Positions 63,033 to 64,000 of a stretch of DNA of 64,000 nt are shown here, one piece after another. How positions within the stretch are numbered: the stretch's first letter is position 1; every line of letters starts with the position of its first letter. The stretch is taken from NCBI GenBank assembly GCA_047602405.1, contig JASGHJ010000001.1, positions 1,632,001-1,696,000 on the forward strand, in the 5' to 3' direction. The translations under genes were made by a program, and so were the position numbers. The notes beneath the pieces are model-generated. The model saw nothing but the letters and a program-made list of their open reading frames with translations, was not told the DNA's origin and did no database searches. Source of the DNA: Anaeromyxobacteraceae bacterium. Lineage in GTDB: Bacteria; Myxococcota; Myxococcia; Myxococcales; Anaeromyxobacteraceae.

Positions 63033-64000
63033 ATGACCGCTGGAACCTGGACCCGCACCGCCGCCGCCGCCCTCACGGGGCTCCTCCTCGCGGCCTGCTC
63101 GAGCGACCCCGAGCCGGCGCCGAAGCCGGAGGACAAGGTCTTCGTCGACAACTTCGGACCCGGCGTCCACTACGAGAACTTCTCCGGGTCGAACGCCGTC
63201 GTCACCGTCGACACGGCCGAGAAGCACTCGGGCACGGCGTCGCTCAAGATCACGATCCCGGGCGCGACGTCCTACGGCGGCGGCGCGTTCCCGACCTCCG
63301 CGAAGCGGGACCTCACGAGCTTCAACGCGCTCACCTTCTGGGCGAAGGCCTCGAAGGCGGTGACCTTCGACAAGGCCGGCTTCGGCATCAACAACAAGGC
63401 GCCGCCCGACGACGGCAAGTACGTCGCCACGATCCTGAACTTCCCGGTCACCACGACCTGGACGAAGTTCGTCGTGCCGCTGCCCGTGCCGGCGAAGCTC
63501 ACCGCCGAGGACGGCCTCTTCTACATCGCCGACGGCGGCGACGGCGACTACACGCTCTGGATCGACGACCTCCAGTTCGAGACGCTCTCCGGCCTCTCGG
63601 CCCCGCAGCCGTCCATCGAGGGCGGCGTCACGAACACCGTCAACAAGCTCGTCGGCGGCACCGGCGCGGTGTCGAAGACGATGGTGAAGTACACGCTCGA
63701 CGGCGCGACCATCGACGTCGAGGCCGCGGCTCGCTACTTCACCTTCACCTCCTCGGCGCCCGCGGTCGCGACCGTCGACCAGGACGGGAAGATCGCCGCG
63801 GTCGCGGTCGGCACCGCCGACGTCACCGCGAAGCTCGGCACCGTGGACGCGACGGGCAAGCTCTCGCTCGTCGTCACGGTCGCGAACGTCCCCACCGCGG
63901 CCGCCCCGACGCCGGACAAGGCCACCGCCGACGTCATCTCGCTGTTCTCGAACGCCTACACGAACCGGACGGTGGACACCTGGTCGGCGACCTGGGACCA
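63033..64000 (+). CDS. Lipoprotein with carbohydrate-binding-like and Ig (Big_2) domains, partial
   Basis: SD GGAGG, lipobox LAAC; RDLTSFNALTFWAKAS, FTSSAPAVATVD..G, PTAAAPTP...DVISLFSNAY. Confidence 0.75.
   Translation, partial: MTAGTWTRTAAAALTGLLLAACSSDPEPAPKPEDKVFVDNFGPGVHYENFSGSNAVVTVDTAEKHSGTASLKITIPGATSYGGGAFPTSAKRDLTSFNALTFWAKASKAVTFDKAGFGINNKAPPDDGKYVATILNFPVTTTWTKFVVPLPVPAKLTAEDGLFYIADGGDGDYTLWIDDLQFETLSGLSAPQPSIEGGVTNTVNKLVGGTGAVSKTMVKYTLDGATIDVEAAARYFTFTSSAPAVATVDQDGKIAAVAVGTADVTAKLGTVDATGKLSLVVTVANVPTAAAPTPDKATADVISLFSNAYTNRTVDTWSATWD

Overview
Very GC-rich bacterial chromosome segment whose gene content and order point to an Anaeromyxobacter-like myxobacterium (inferred, not searched). 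It is mostly housekeeping: argH-lipoprotein-lysA-dapA-dapB, folK, a feoA-feoA-feoB-ferritin iron operon behind a Fur-like box, hflX, kdsD, a transaldolase-family gene, two DAHP synthase paralogs and a panD-trpEGDCFBA operon. These are interspersed with lipoproteins, outer-membrane barrels, two histidine kinases and a large HNH nuclease. About eight single-base frameshifts in ordinary genes suggest an indel-prone assembly. Main observations: (1) trpE has no usable in-frame start. Its coupled ATG opens an 8-codon ORF (MTVFLWRG) containing a prfB-like CTT-TGG-C site, where a +1 slip at the Trp codon enters the TrpE frame, so this is a candidate Trp-sensing programmed frameshift; an assembly indel is the alternative. 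(2) A family of about 9 palindromic repeats, some nested and some translated inside lysA, trpB and other genes. (3) A candidate sRNA of about 260 nt between the DAHP synthase paralogs. (4) A PafBC-like promoter motif in front of the HNH gene. No CRISPR array, rRNA, tRNA or transposase was recognised.
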